From Clostridia bacterium (lineage in GTDB: Bacteria > Bacillota > Clostridia > UBA1212 > DUPL01), in the NCBI GenBank assembly GCA_050951325.1, contig JBMNIW010000008.1, positions 1 to 64,000 of the forward strand: DNA of 64,000 nt, given 5' to 3'. The notes below the pieces were generated by a model that saw only the letters and a list, made by a program, of their open reading frames with translations, was not told where the DNA came from and did no database searches. The translations under genes were made by a program, and so were the position numbers. The first letter of the stretch is position 1; the number at the start of each line of letters is the position of its first letter. Below are positions 26,880-37,477 of this stretch, one piece after another.

Positions 26880-29621
26880 TCAAGCTTCTTGCCTGCCACA
26901 GCAGTTCTTGTACTTCTTGCCGCTACCGCACGGACAAGGCTCATTTCTTCCAATCTTTGCACCTTTTCTGACTGGTGCGGATGGAGTCTGCTGTGCACTG
27001 TCAGCACGCATCTCCTGCCTGATTGTTCCAACCCTTTGTCTCTCTAGACCTTGATCTTTTGACACCCTTACAGTAAATATTCTTCTCAAAGTTTCGCTTT
27101 GAATATTTCTATTCATCTGCTCAAACATTTCAAACGACTCAAACTTGTATTCGACCACCGGATCCCTGTTTCCATATGCCCTTAGTCCGACGCCATGCTT
27201 GAGCTGGTCTATCGCATCTATATGAGTCATCCAGTGCTCGTCAACAGTACGAAGAAGAATAACTCTTTCCACTTCCCTCATTATTTCGGGAGTTATTTCT
27301 CTTTCCCTTTCCTCGTATCTGCCAACTGCAATGTTTACAAAATACTCAATTACATCCTTGGCCTTCCTTATTTCATTATCATGTTCAACCTTGTCTATAA
27401 CGTGAGATGGAATTATTCCAACCAGTTCTTCCTTAAGACCGTCGTAATTCCAATCACTTTTATCAACTTCAGCATGGCAGAACAGTTCAGCAGTCTCCGT
27501 TATTCTTGACCTTATCATCTGTATGAACTGTTCTCTCAGGTTCTCTCCATCAAGAACTCTTCTTCTTTGCGAGTAAATTATCTCACGCTGCTTGTTCATT
27601 ACATCGTCATACTGCAGAACATGCTTCCTTATCTCAAAGTTCCTGCCTTCCACCCTCTTCTGAGCTGTTTCAATAGCATTCGACAGCATCTTGTGCTCTA
27701 TAGGCTGGTCTTCCGGAAGTCCCAAAGTATCAACTATTCCGGTAAGTCTATCGGAACCGAAAAGTCTCATCAAATCGTCCTCGAGAGATATATAGAATTT
27801 GGACATACCGGGGTCTCCTTGTCTTCCTGAACGACCTCTCAGCTGGTTGTCTATTCTTCTAGATTCATGTCTTTCAGTACCTATGATAAAGAGTCCGCCT
27901 GCTTCCAGAACTTTTTTCCTTTCCTCCGCTATTTCCTCGGAGTACTTTTTAACCAGCTCACGGAATACTTTTCTTGCTTCAAGAAATCTTTCGTCTGTCG
28001 TTTCAGCATAGCTATCTGCCTGAAGTATCAGTTCCTCATCATAGCCTTCCTTGCGCATCTTCTGCTTTGCCATGTAATCGCTGTTACCTCCAAGCATTAT
28101 ATCCGTACCTCTGCCTGCCATGTTGGTGGCTATGGTCACAGCGCCAAACTTACCCGCCTGAGCTACTATCTCCGCTTCCCTCTCATGATGTTTTGCATTC
28201 AATACATTGTGCGGAACTCCTCTTTTTTTCAAAAGTTTGCTCAAGTATTCGGACTTCTCAATAGATATAGTTCCGATAAGGACGGGCTGTCCTCTTCTGT
28301 GGCATTCTTCCACCTGCTTAATAACCGCCTGAAACTTGCCATTTTCCGTCTTGTAAACGGCATCCGGGAGGTCCTGTCTTACAATGGGCTTGTTGGTAGG
28401 TATCTCTACAACGTCCAGCGCATATATGTCCTTGAACTCCGCTTCCTCTGTCATGGCAGTACCCGTCATTCCTGAAAGCTTCTTGTACATTCTAAAGAAG
28501 TTCTGGAATGTGATAGTTGCCTGGGTCATGCTTTCCTTCTCTATCTGCACGCCTTCTTTTGCTTCTATTGCCTGATGAAGACCTTCATTGAATCTACGAC
28601 CCATCATTATTCTTCCTGTAAACTCGTCAACTATCAGTACGCTGCCATCCTTGACAACGTAATCTATATCCCTCTTCATGATTCCATAGGCCTTAAGCGC
28701 CTGATTTATATGATGCACCACTGTTGCATTCTCAGGATCCGCCAGATTCTCAAGGTTGAAAAAGCTCTCCGCCTTTTTAACACCATAAGGAGTAAGGGTT
28801 GCGGTCCTTGCCTTCTCGTCTACAATATAGTCTTCCGTTACATCTTCATTCAAGTCCTTGCTGTCGGTTTCCTTGATTACCTTTTTAGACAGAGTCCTTA
28901 CAAAGGTATTCGCAATTTCATACATATCGCTGGGCTTTTCACTTGACCCAGCTATTATCAAAGGAGTTCTTGCCTCATCTATAAGGATTGAGTCCACTTC
29001 GTCAATGATTGCATAATTAAGTTCTCTTTGGACAAGCTGCTCCTTGTAAATGACCATATTGTCTCTTAGATAGTCAAAACCCAGTTCGTTGTTGGTAGCA
29101 TAGGTAATGTCGCAGTTATATGCATCCTGTCTTTCCTTTTGGGTAAGACCGTGTATGATACAGCCAACACTGAGCCCAAGAAAGTTATATATCTTTCCCA
29201 TCCAGTCCCTGTCTCTTTTGGCAAGATAGTCATTTACAGTAACTATATGGACGCCATTTCCAGTAAGCGCATTCAAATACGCAGGCAATGTTGAAACCAG
29301 GGTTTTTCCTTCACCCGTCTTCATTTCTGCAATACGACCCTGATGCAGAACAACGCCGCCGATTATCTGCACATCATAATGTCTTTGTCCAAGTACCCTT
29401 TTTGCAGCCTCCCTCACTGTAGCAAAGGCTTCAACCAGCAAATCATCCAAAGATTCGCCATTTGCAAACCTCTCTTTATACTTTGCGGTAAGACTTCTAA
29501 GCTCTTCGTCAGACAATTTTTCCATCCTTGGCTCTAGCTCATTAACGGCCTTGACAATAGGCATAATCTGTTTGACTGCCCTTTCACTGGAGGTTCCAAA
29601 GAGTTTCTCAAATAATCCCAT
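26880..29621 (-). CDS. secA: Preprotein translocase ATPase SecA
   Basis: [39 protein letters not shown]-terminal [18 protein letters not shown]. Confidence 0.99.
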   Translation of the reverse strand: MGLFEKLFGTSSERAVKQIMPIVKAVNELEPRMEKLSDEELRSLTAKYKERFANGESLDDLLVEAFATVREAAKRVLGQRHYDVQIIGGVVLHQGRIAEMKTGEGKTLVSTLPAYLNALTGNGVHIVTVNDYLAKRDRDWMGKIYNFLGLSVGCIIHGLTQKERQDAYNCDITYATNNELGFDYLRDNMVIYKEQLVQRELNYAIIDEVDSILIDEARTPLIIAGSSEKPSDMYEIANTFVRTLSKKVIKETDSKDLNEDVTEDYIVDEKARTATLTPYGVKKAESFFNLENLADPENATVVHHINQALKAYGIMKRDIDYVVKDGSVLIVDEFTGRIMMGRRFNEGLHQAIEAKEGVQIEKESMTQATITFQNFFRMYKKLSGMTGTAMTEEAEFKDIYALDVVEIPTNKPIVRQDLPDAVYKTENGKFQAVIKQVEECHRRGQPVLIGTISIEKSEYLSKLLKKRGVPHNVLNAKHHEREAEIVAQAGKFGAVTIATNMAGRGTDIMLGGNSDYMAKQKMRKEGYDEELILQADSYAETTDERFLEARKVFRELVKKYSEEIAEERKKVLEAGGLFIIGTERHESRRIDNQLRGRSGRQGDPGMSKFYISLEDDLMRLFGSDRLTGIVDTLGLPEDQPIEHKMLSNAIETAQKRVEGRNFEIRKHVLQYDDVMNKQREIIYSQRRRVLDGENLREQFIQMIRSRITETAELFCHAEVDKSDWNYDGLKEELVGIIPSHVIDKVEHDNEIRKAKDVIEYFVNIAVGRYEEREREITPEIMREVERVILLRTVDEHWMTHIDAIDQLKHGVGLRAYGNRDPVVEYKFESFEMFEQMNRNIQSETLRRIFTVRVSKDQGLERQRVGTIRQEMRADSAQQTPSAPVRKGAKIGRNEPCPCGSGKKYKNCCGRQEA

Positions 29622-29626
29622 ATTGA

Positions 29627-29923
29627 CTAATCATTCTCCTTTTTTAATCTTTCTATAACAATATTGTAACCGTCAGCACCATAGTTAAGGCTCTTGCTGA
29701 CCCTGCTTATGGTAGCTGTGCTGGCACCGGTAGCCTGTGCAATCTCAGTGTATTTGTAGCCTTCCTTAAGCATTCTGGCTACCTCAAACCGCTGGCTGAA
29801 CGCCTGTATTTCGCTGATTGTGCCAATATCCTCAAAGAACCTGTAGCATTCGTCTATGGTTTTCAAAGACAATATTGCTCTGAAGAGATCATCCAATTGC
29901 TTGCTTCTAATCTTTTTATTCAC
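29627..29923 (-). CDS. TrpR-like protein, YerC/YecD family
   Basis: ECYRFFED...QRFEVA...[18 protein letters not shown]. Confidence 0.88.
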   Translation of the reverse strand: MNKKIRSKQLDDLFRAILSLKTIDECYRFFEDIGTISEIQAFSQRFEVARMLKEGYKYTEIAQATGASTATISRVSKSLNYGADGYNIVIERLKKEND

Positions 29924-29990
29924 ACAAAACTACCTTCCTTTGAAAATATAACATCTTGTATTTTAATTCATTAAAGTGCAAATGTCAAAG

Positions 29991-30593
29991 TCAGTTCATC
30001 TCGTCTAGAGACAGACTGTACGATGGCAGGAAATGCTCCATGAAATATTCAAGCTCAGGAAGATTCATGTCAACAAGCACATTATATATCGATTCCTTTG
30101 CCTGCAAAAACTCCTTGTTTCCTGCCTTTACCTCTTCCACACATTTGATATACGCTGAAAGCTTGTCTGCAGCCCTTATGATATCCCTGTATTCCTCATC
30201 TTCTTCATAAAACAATATGCTCCTGTATTCGTCCTGCATGTCATCAGGAAGCATGCTTACAAGCTTCTCTTTTGAAATATCTTCAATTTTTCGATAGGAT
30301 TCCTTAATCTGCGGATTAAAATACTTGACTGGTGTTGGCAAGTCTCCAGTTATTATCTCGTTCGCATCATGATACAATGCATAAACGCATGACCTGTCTG
30401 CATTAATGTTTCCGCCGAAATACTTGTTTTTGATTATGCACAAAGCATGCGCAAGAATCGCAACCTGCAGGGAATGCTCTTGTATGTTTTCAGTATCGGT
30501 GTTTCGCATGAGTCCCCAGCGGTTTATGTATTTCATTCTGTTAATATATGCAAAGAATATATTATTCAACAACTTCCCTCTTTCTATATCCAA
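29991..30593 (-). CDS. yfbR: 5'-deoxynucleotidase (HD family)
   Basis: RMKYINRWGLMRN..ENIQEHS, YHDANEIITGDLPTPVKY, ADKLSAYIKC. Confidence 0.9.
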   Translation of the reverse strand: MDIERGKLLNNIFFAYINRMKYINRWGLMRNTDTENIQEHSLQVAILAHALCIIKNKYFGGNINADRSCVYALYHDANEIITGDLPTPVKYFNPQIKESYRKIEDISKEKLVSMLPDDMQDEYRSILFYEEDEEYRDIIRAADKLSAYIKCVEEVKAGNKEFLQAKESIYNVLVDMNLPELEYFMEHFLPSYSLSLDEMN

Positions 30594-31723
30594 TATATTT
30601 CCTCATAAACACTCAAGGCATAAGCATCCGTCATGCCTGCAATATAATCTACGGCAATCTGTTCAGGCTTTTCTGTATCATCATATTGCTTCTCATCCAT
30701 AAATCCAACAAGTCTTCTGTGTATCTTGTTGTTTAAATCAATAACTCCATTCCTTATACTGTTTACAGCATCGTATATGTATTCAAACAAGCCTTCAATG
30801 ACATTGTAAGCATTCTTTTCATACCGCTTGATAATTTTCGACTGATAAATATGCTCGTTGTTTTCAAGTATCATTTCCTTGAGGGCTTCCCCTCTTTCAT
30901 CACTAAGTCTGATATACTCAGTACCATAACTGTTCTCAATTACATCCACAACCAAATTATTAATAATCTCCGCATTGGTGCTGCCCAATACATTCCTAAT
31001 CTCAGGTGATATATCATTGTAATCCATGATTCTAGCTCTGATTGCGTCCTCAATGTCCCTTCCCACATACGCTATCTTGTCCACAAGCCTTACAAGACAG
31101 GCTTCAAGTGTGTAGGGCATGCAGTTTCTGTGGTCCTGCGTATAAATCTCATCCATATTCTTGTTTTTGTCCGCATACAGGATGTATTCGTAATAGTTTT
31201 CACCACAATGACTGACAATACCGTCCCTTACCTCGTATGTTAGATTCAATCCACACTTTGCCTGGCTGGATATCCTTTTTGAAAGCCTGTCTACTACTCT
31301 GAGACTGTGGTACTCATGCTTGAAAGAAAGGTCAAGTTTTCTGTCTCTAAGGCACTTTTCCAGTGCTCTTTCACCACTGTGACCAAAAGGCGCATGTCCA
31401 ACATCATGCCCAAGAGCAATCGCAGTAATTAGATCCTGATTAAGGGACAAAGTCCTGCCAATCGTGGTGGATATGGAGTTTACATAAAGAACATGCTCCA
31501 TGCGGGTGCATATGTGGTCATTCTTGGCATTAAAAAATACCTGGGTTTTGTGTCTCAAACGTCTGAAATCCTCGCAGTACAAAATCCTGTTTGCATCCCG
31601 CTCATATTCACTTCTTACCCTGCATGGCTCTTCAGGATAGATCCTGCCCCTGCTTTCCTGTGTTCTGGCAGCAAGTTGAGACAAATTCATTTCCTGCTGA
31701 AGCCTAATATCCCGCCATACCAT
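30584..31723 (-). CDS. Deoxyguanosinetriphosphate triphosphohydrolase-like HD protein
   Basis: RD..RI...FRRLRHKTQV, TRMEH, GHDVGHAPFGHSGE, DKIAY...DIEDA, DYIAGMTD. Start at 31723 chosen from RBS and promoter position. Confidence 0.88.
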   Translation of the reverse strand: MVWRDIRLQQEMNLSQLAARTQESRGRIYPEEPCRVRSEYERDANRILYCEDFRRLRHKTQVFFNAKNDHICTRMEHVLYVNSISTTIGRTLSLNQDLITAIALGHDVGHAPFGHSGERALEKCLRDRKLDLSFKHEYHSLRVVDRLSKRISSQAKCGLNLTYEVRDGIVSHCGENYYEYILYADKNKNMDEIYTQDHRNCMPYTLEACLVRLVDKIAYVGRDIEDAIRARIMDYNDISPEIRNVLGSTNAEIINNLVVDVIENSYGTEYIRLSDERGEALKEMILENNEHIYQSKIIKRYEKNAYNVIEGLFEYIYDAVNSIRNGVIDLNNKIHRRLVGFMDEKQYDDTEKPEQIAVDYIAGMTDAYALSVYEEIYWI

Positions 31724-31751
31724 AACATCACCTATAAAGATTTTCACCTAA

Positions 31752-31779
31752 ATTATACCGAAAATACATTTGATGTCAA
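31752..31779 (-). promoter_or_regulatory. Sigma-A promoter of the dGTPase-yfbR genes
   Basis: TTGACA-N16-TATAAT on the minus strand, overlapping the upstream terminator tail. Confidence 0.7.
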
Positions 31780-31811
31780 AAAATGAGTGTAAGATTACTC
31801 TTACACTCATT
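31778..31811 (-). terminator. Rho-independent terminator
   Basis: 12-bp stem ATGAGTGTAAGA-ttac-TCTTACACTCAT plus U-run on the minus strand. Confidence 0.85.
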
Positions 31812-31824
31812 CAGAATTCAATCC

Positions 31825-32739
31825 TTAAGCAACCTGGCGTCTCTTCAAAACAGCCAATACATATACAGCTGAAATTATAACAGGCATGAAGATGACTGCA
31901 TCGTAGGTTTCGGTATTGGGCTCCTCAAGAGCATAGATCTTAATATTGTCAATATTGAACTTGGACTCCCTGCATCCAATAATGAGAACACTGTCAACAG
32001 AAACCCTTGCATTGTTAACGGTTCCGAGCTCCGTACCGTTCTTGTCCTTTACAACGACTTTCTTGTAATAGGTCTCTTCTCCCACTGGATATGTACCTGC
32101 GTCGGACATCTCAACTATGAATGCCAGTTCATCACTTGCATACACTTTTACAGTCTGACCGTCGTCTACAAATTTCAAGGTCTCAAAACCTTTTGAGAAA
32201 TCTGCGCCAACTGTTGCCTCATACCTTACGTTCCCAATCTTGTACTCCTTGGATTCATCGTATGTTTTTACAACAAGACTCAACTTGTTTCCATTGTTGG
32301 GCAATACAAGAAGTCCACTGCCTCCAACGGATGGAAATCCTGAGTTGCCATCGCCATCCCATTCATATCCTGTGCTCTTTCCAAACATGACATCAAATCT
32401 TTCACTGCCAGCGCGTACAAAGAACGCTGAAACGTTGAACTTAGCATCAGGATTGTATACATCAACTTCGTATACATACGGTTCGGTAAGCTTTTTCGTG
32501 TATTCTGCATGGTAATATGCATCAATCGCAAAATATTTGTTGCCGCCCTCTTCCCTGATAAAGGATCCGGTTGGTGTTGCTCTAATTAATGACCAGTCTG
32601 GCAAGAGGTCGTCCTTAATCTCGGTTCCTGCCTCATAGCTCTCAAAATTCTGCGAGTAGCTATCTACAGCTGCAAAAGATGAGATTGTAAGAGCTAAACA
32701 CATTAATGAAAGTACCAATAAAAGTCCTAATTTTTTCAT
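31825..32739 (-). CDS. Secreted beta-rich hypothetical protein with C-terminal anchor
   Basis: Signal peptide (..ISSFA), beta-strand-rich body, C-terminal NTETYD + hydrophobic stretch + KRR. Confidence 0.65.
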   Translation of the reverse strand: MKKLGLLLVLSLMCLALTISSFAAVDSYSQNFESYEAGTEIKDDLLPDWSLIRATPTGSFIREEGGNKYFAIDAYYHAEYTKKLTEPYVYEVDVYNPDAKFNVSAFFVRAGSERFDVMFGKSTGYEWDGDGNSGFPSVGGSGLLVLPNNGNKLSLVVKTYDESKEYKIGNVRYEATVGADFSKGFETLKFVDDGQTVKVYASDELAFIVEMSDAGTYPVGEETYYKKVVVKDKNGTELGTVNNARVSVDSVLIIGCRESKFNIDNIKIYALEEPNTETYDAVIFMPVIISAVYVLAVLKRRQVA

Positions 32740-32783
32740 GATAAACCTCCTTTAGAGTAATAATCTATGCCAAGGCAGCATAT

Positions 32784-33749
32784 TTATGCCCACCACATGG
32801 CACCAGGTTTTTCAAATACCAACACTTCTTTAAGGAAGGATATGGCCTTCCTAAGACCTTCCTGAGGAGACATAAGGCTGTCCTCATGCTCTATACTTAT
32901 AACATCGTCATAACCTACTGTCTTAAGCATGCTTATCATGTCTTTCCACAATTTATAGTCGTTTCCATAACCCATGGTTCTGAATACCCATGCACGGTTT
33001 AACACATCTCCATAGTGCTTGGTGTCAAGTACTCCGTTTTTCTTGACATTTGCCTCATCTATTCTGACATCCTTGCCATGAACATGGTAAATAGCATCTC
33101 CAAGCTCCCTTATAGCCTCTACAGGGTCCATTCCCTGCCAAATCAGATGGCTTGGGTCAAAGTTTGCACCAATAACTTCTCCCACTTCAGCTCTCAGACG
33201 AAGAAGGGTCTCTGGATTGTACACGCAGAATCCCGGATGCATCTCAAAGCAAATCTTTGTCACACCATGTTCAAGAGCAAACTTTCCTGTCTCCTTCCAG
33301 TATGGAACAAGCACCTCATTCCACTGATAATCCAGAATCTTTAAGAAATCCTCCGGCCAGGGACACGTTACCCAGTTTGGATATTTTGAATCAGGGCTGT
33401 CTCCAGGACATCCTGAAAACGCAATAATCTTTTCTACTCCAAGTTTTTCAGCCAGCAGTATGGCGTTGATAAAGTCATCATGGTACTGCTTTGCAATTTC
33501 CTTGTCTGGATGCACCGGGTTTCCGTGGCATGCCAAGGCAGAAATTTCAAGTCCATTGCTGTAAATTGCGTCCTTGAACTCTTCAAGAGCCTTTTCATCC
33601 TTCAAAAGTTCCTCAGGATTGCAATGAGCTTTACCTGGAAAACCGCCGCAACCTATCTCCACGGACTGTACGCCTTCCTTTGCCAGGAATGCCATTGCGT
33701 CCCTTACGCTCATGTCAGACAACAATACTGTAAGTACTCCTAACTTCAT
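32784..33749 (-). CDS. Sugar phosphate isomerase/epimerase (xylose isomerase-like TIM barrel)
   Basis: FEMHPG, NFDPSH, HVHGKD, SIEHED metal-binding motifs. Confidence 0.85.
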   Translation of the reverse strand: MKLGVLTVLLSDMSVRDAMAFLAKEGVQSVEIGCGGFPGKAHCNPEELLKDEKALEEFKDAIYSNGLEISALACHGNPVHPDKEIAKQYHDDFINAILLAEKLGVEKIIAFSGCPGDSPDSKYPNWVTCPWPEDFLKILDYQWNEVLVPYWKETGKFALEHGVTKICFEMHPGFCVYNPETLLRLRAEVGEVIGANFDPSHLIWQGMDPVEAIRELGDAIYHVHGKDVRIDEANVKKNGVLDTKHYGDVLNRAWVFRTMGYGNDYKLWKDMISMLKTVGYDDVISIEHEDSLMSPQEGLRKAISFLKEVLVFEKPGAMWWA

Positions 33750-33777
33750 AGCATAATCCTCCTCATGAATTTTACAT

Positions 33778-34891
33778 TTATTTCTTATTATTGAACTCCA
33801 TTGTCAGATATGCATTAATAAACCCATCAATCTCTCCATCCATAACCTTTTCCACACTTCCCTCTTCATAATTGCTTCTATGGTCTTTAACCAAAGTATA
33901 TGGACAGAATACATATGACCTAATTTGATTTCCCCAGGCAATTTCAGTCTGCACACCCTTAAGGTCCGCTATTTTCTCAACATTCTCTCTTAACTTCAGC
34001 TCATAAAGCTTTGATCTTAACATGCGCATGGCAGTCTCTCTGTTCTGCATCTGGGATCTTTCCGTCTGACAGCTTACTATGATGCCCGTTGGTTTGTGAA
34101 CAAGCCTTACTGCAGAGTCAGTCTTGTTAACATGCTGTCCGCCCGCCCCACTGGATCTGAAAGTGCTCATTTCCACGTCTTCAGGCCTTATGTCTATATC
34201 AATGCTGTCGTCAATCTCAGGTATGACTTCAACGGATGCAAAAGATGTATGGCGTCTTCCTGCCGCATCAAAAGGACTAATCCTAACGAGTCTATGAACT
34301 CCATGCTCACTCTTCAAATATCCGTATGCATTGGTTCCTTTAATGTTAAGCACACAGCTCTTTATTCCAGCACCATCTCCGTCCAGGTAATCCGTTACCG
34401 TAACTTCATATCCTTTTTTCTGAGCCCATCTGGAATACATGCGCATCAGCATCGAAGCCCAATCCTGTGCCTCTGTTCCTCCCGCACCTGCATGCAGTGT
34501 CAATATCGCATTGTTTTCGTCATATTGGCCTGTAAAAAAGGTTTCCATCCTGAGAGACACAAGCTCATCATCAAGTTGTTTCAAGCCTTTTTCTATATCT
34601 GATGCAAGATCCGCTTCTCCTGACTCATCACTAAGTACCAGCATAAGCTCCACTTCTTCCACCATCTCTTCAAGTCGGGAAAACTTCCCCACCTTGTCCT
34701 TCAGACCTTTAAGTTTTTTTAGTACATTCTGTGAATTCTCAGGGTCTCCCCAGAAATTGGGTTCCTGTGTTTTTAACTCCAACTCTTCTATCTCAGACTT
34801 TATACTGCCTGTGTCAAAGTGAATCCCTCAATTCATTGAGTTTTTCCTTGATATTCTCAAGTACCTGATAGTACTCATCTGTCACAATCAT
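33778..34891 (-). CDS. prfB: Peptide chain release factor 2 (programmed +1 frameshift)
   Basis: SPF and GGQ motifs. The 5' segment starts at ATG 34891 and runs 25 codons to CTT TGA C (34819-34813), preceded by AGGG; skipping one base joins the main frame. Confidence 0.96.
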
Positions 34892-34928
34892 TTTAACAAC
34901 TCCTCATATTTAATGTTTTTATAATATT

Positions 34929-37073
34929 TTACCCAAATGGTAACATAAATTCAATACTTTTTGAAGTTAGATCAACCCTGTAAACAATTACGTCCTTTAA
35001 TTTTTGACCAATCCTGAATACCTTTCCTGCGTGCTCTCCATATGCAGTCATTGTTTCAGGATCAAAATAGTAGTAATCATTAAGGGACGCAAACCTTACT
35101 AGCCCCTCAACAGTGTTCTGAAGTTCCACAAACATGCCAAAACTCGTAATGTTGCTGATGATTCCAGTAAATTTTTTGCCCTCAAATTGCTTCATGTATT
35201 CGCAAACCTTTAAATCCACGCATTCCCTTTCAGCTTCTTGAGCTGCCCTCTCGCGATCAGACAAATGCTTTGCATACTCACCTGCAAATTTGGCATACCG
35301 CTCTTCAAGCTTGTGGTTCATGCCGCCATGCAGCATATGCTTGATTATCCTGTGTATAAACAAGTCGGGATACCGTCTAATAGGGGCGGTAAAATGTGAA
35401 TAATATTTAAGTGCAAGTCCAAAGTGTCCGTCATTGGTTGATCTGTATGCCGCCTTCTGCATGGACCTTAATGTCATTGTTCCAATTATCCTCTCTTCAG
35501 GTTTGTCCTTTATTGAGTCAAGAAGGCTTTGTATGCTCTTTGGATGAATCTTTGATGTGTTCTTGAACTTGTACCCAAGATTGGTCACAATCTTTGACAG
35601 CATAATCATCTTTTCGTCCTCAGGTTCGTCATGCACCCTGTATATAAAGGGCACATTGTACCAGTAAAACCTCTCAGCAACCGTCTCATTGCAAAGAAGC
35701 ATGAACTCCTCGATTATGTTGTTTGCAAAGGTTGTCCTATATGCCGACACGGAAATTGGCCTTCCTTCATCATCCAACTCAACTTTGGTTTCCGGCAGAT
35801 TAAAATCAATTGCTCCGCGTCTTCGTCTTCTTTCATTCAATATATATGCAAGGTTCTTCATAAGAGTCAGCTGACTCAGATAATCTCCAAACTCTTTCAA
35901 AATCGCAAAATCAGGCTTTTCAAATATCCTGTACAACTGGTCATAGGTAATGGAATAATCCACATTGAGTATGCTTTCGAAAATCTCATGGTCCACCACA
36001 TTGCCCATTTCGTCCACTTCCATCACAACGGACAAAGCAAGCCTGTCGCAGTTTTTATTCAAACTGCATATGCCGTTTGACAACTCTTTGGGCAGCATTG
36101 GAACAACCCTTCCCACAGGATAAACGCTTGTTCCCCTTTTATAGGCTTCCCTGTCTATAGCGGATCCTTCCTTAACATAGTGGGCTACATCCGCTATATG
36201 GACCCCCAACATATAATTGCCGTTATCCAAAATTTCAATGGTTATGGCGTCATCCACATCCTTGGTGTCTTCAGAGTCAATAGTGACTGTTAAAAGCCCC
36301 CTTATATCCTTCCTGCCTTTCTTAAGTTCAGACTGTATTGTTTCTTCATCCAATTCCTGAGGCAGCATGGAAGCTTCCTTCATTACATCATCCGGAAACT
36401 CCTCCACAAAGCCGTGGAGACTCAAAATCGTGGTAATACCAGTGTTCGGATCTGAAATATTGCCGACAACTTCTACTATTCTGCAAACCCCTGGCTCAGG
36501 AAACTCTCCCTTTTCAAGGGCTTCACATATGACACTGAGTCCTTCATCCAAGGAATCCGCATTCCCTTCAATATACCAATATTCGTCATCAGCCAAAACC
36601 ATTAGCCCATGACGGATTGGATTCCATTTTACAACTCCCGAGAAGGTTCTGGAGCCCTTGACAAGTACACTCTTGACAACGCCTTCCTTTTTCTCACCCG
36701 GAAACGCAGGCTTTTTGGGATTCTTGATGGAGACTACCACTTTATCTCCTGTCATGGCGCCATTTACATCCTTGGAATTGACGTATATGCTTTCGCTCCA
36801 GCTAGCCTTGTCCTCGGGTATGACAAAAGCATATCCTCTCCTGTTTACTTCTATTTTACCAACAACGTAATTGAAACTGGCAGGGTCCCCCAGCTTGTTG
36901 CCTTGTCTGACCAACACCATTTCATCAGTTAGTTTTGTTGCCACCTCGTTAAAGACCGCAATCTCTGATTCGGTCAATTCAAGCATTTCATATACTTTAC
37001 TCACACTGATTTTGCCATGAAGTTTTGTAGCCAAATCTCTCAGCTTTATTTCCAGGGTTTCATATGGAGTCAT
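34929..37073 (-). CDS. rnr: Ribonuclease R
   Basis: TIDSEDTKDVDDAI, VHIADV, RGTSVY, HFTAPIRRYPDL, C-terminal S1 domain. Confidence 0.93.
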   Translation of the reverse strand: MTPYETLEIKLRDLATKLHGKISVSKVYEMLELTESEIAVFNEVATKLTDEMVLVRQGNKLGDPASFNYVVGKIEVNRRGYAFVIPEDKASWSESIYVNSKDVNGAMTGDKVVVSIKNPKKPAFPGEKKEGVVKSVLVKGSRTFSGVVKWNPIRHGLMVLADDEYWYIEGNADSLDEGLSVICEALEKGEFPEPGVCRIVEVVGNISDPNTGITTILSLHGFVEEFPDDVMKEASMLPQELDEETIQSELKKGRKDIRGLLTVTIDSEDTKDVDDAITIEILDNGNYMLGVHIADVAHYVKEGSAIDREAYKRGTSVYPVGRVVPMLPKELSNGICSLNKNCDRLALSVVMEVDEMGNVVDHEIFESILNVDYSITYDQLYRIFEKPDFAILKEFGDYLSQLTLMKNLAYILNERRRRRGAIDFNLPETKVELDDEGRPISVSAYRTTFANNIIEEFMLLCNETVAERFYWYNVPFIYRVHDEPEDEKMIMLSKIVTNLGYKFKNTSKIHPKSIQSLLDSIKDKPEERIIGTMTLRSMQKAAYRSTNDGHFGLALKYYSHFTAPIRRYPDLFIHRIIKHMLHGGMNHKLEERYAKFAGEYAKHLSDRERAAQEAERECVDLKVCEYMKQFEGKKFTGIISNITSFGMFVELQNTVEGLVRFASLNDYYYFDPETMTAYGEHAGKVFRIGQKLKDVIVYRVDLTSKSIEFMLPFG

Positions 37074-37097
37074 AAGTCACCAACTTCCATAAATATT

Positions 37098-37127
37098 AAA
37101 AAAGCCGTGTTTCGGAGCACACGGCTT
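37098..37127 (-). terminator. Terminator-like hairpin between secG and rnr
   Basis: AAGCCGTGT-N8-ACACGGCTT with a U-run on the minus strand. Confidence 0.7.
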
Positions 37128-37137
37128 GATTTGTCAT

Positions 37138-37392
37138 CTACATCTGCGAGAACAATCTAAGCAAAGCTCCTAAAACCACAGCCATAATTGCAAAGAACAC
37201 CGCACCTGTTACTGTATATCTGGTGAGTCTTGCCTCTTTTGTAGAACCTCTATTTTTTCCAAAGAAGGATTCACTCTCACCTGTTACTACCGATATGCCT
37301 TGCTGCTTAGGCTCCTGCATCAGAATTATTATACTGACAACCACGCATACCACGAGGTAAAGAATTCCCAATATAGTTATTAAAGCAGTCAA
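37138..37392 (-). CDS. secG: Preprotein translocase subunit SecG
   Basis: Two TM helices, ILMQ..K..G.S...G..ESFFGK; upstream of rnr. Confidence 0.9.
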   Translation of the reverse strand: MTALITILGILYLVVCVVVSIIILMQEPKQQGISVVTGESESFFGKNRGSTKEARLTRYTVTGAVFFAIMAVVLGALLRLFSQM

Positions 37393-37439
37393 CTTTCACA
37401 CCTCCAAAACAAATAACTTAAGAAAAGTCAATCACGTTG

Positions 37440-37468
37440 ATTATATCACACAGTTAAAATAAGTACAA
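37440..37468 (-). promoter_or_regulatory. Putative sigma-A promoter of secG
   Basis: TTGTAC-N17-TATAAT with TG extended -10. Confidence 0.6.
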
Positions 37469-37477
37469 CAAAAATCA

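Noticed and set aside
30584-31723. dGTPase as an anti-phage defence gene
   Set aside because: Housekeeping context beside secA; no other defence or mobility genes nearby.
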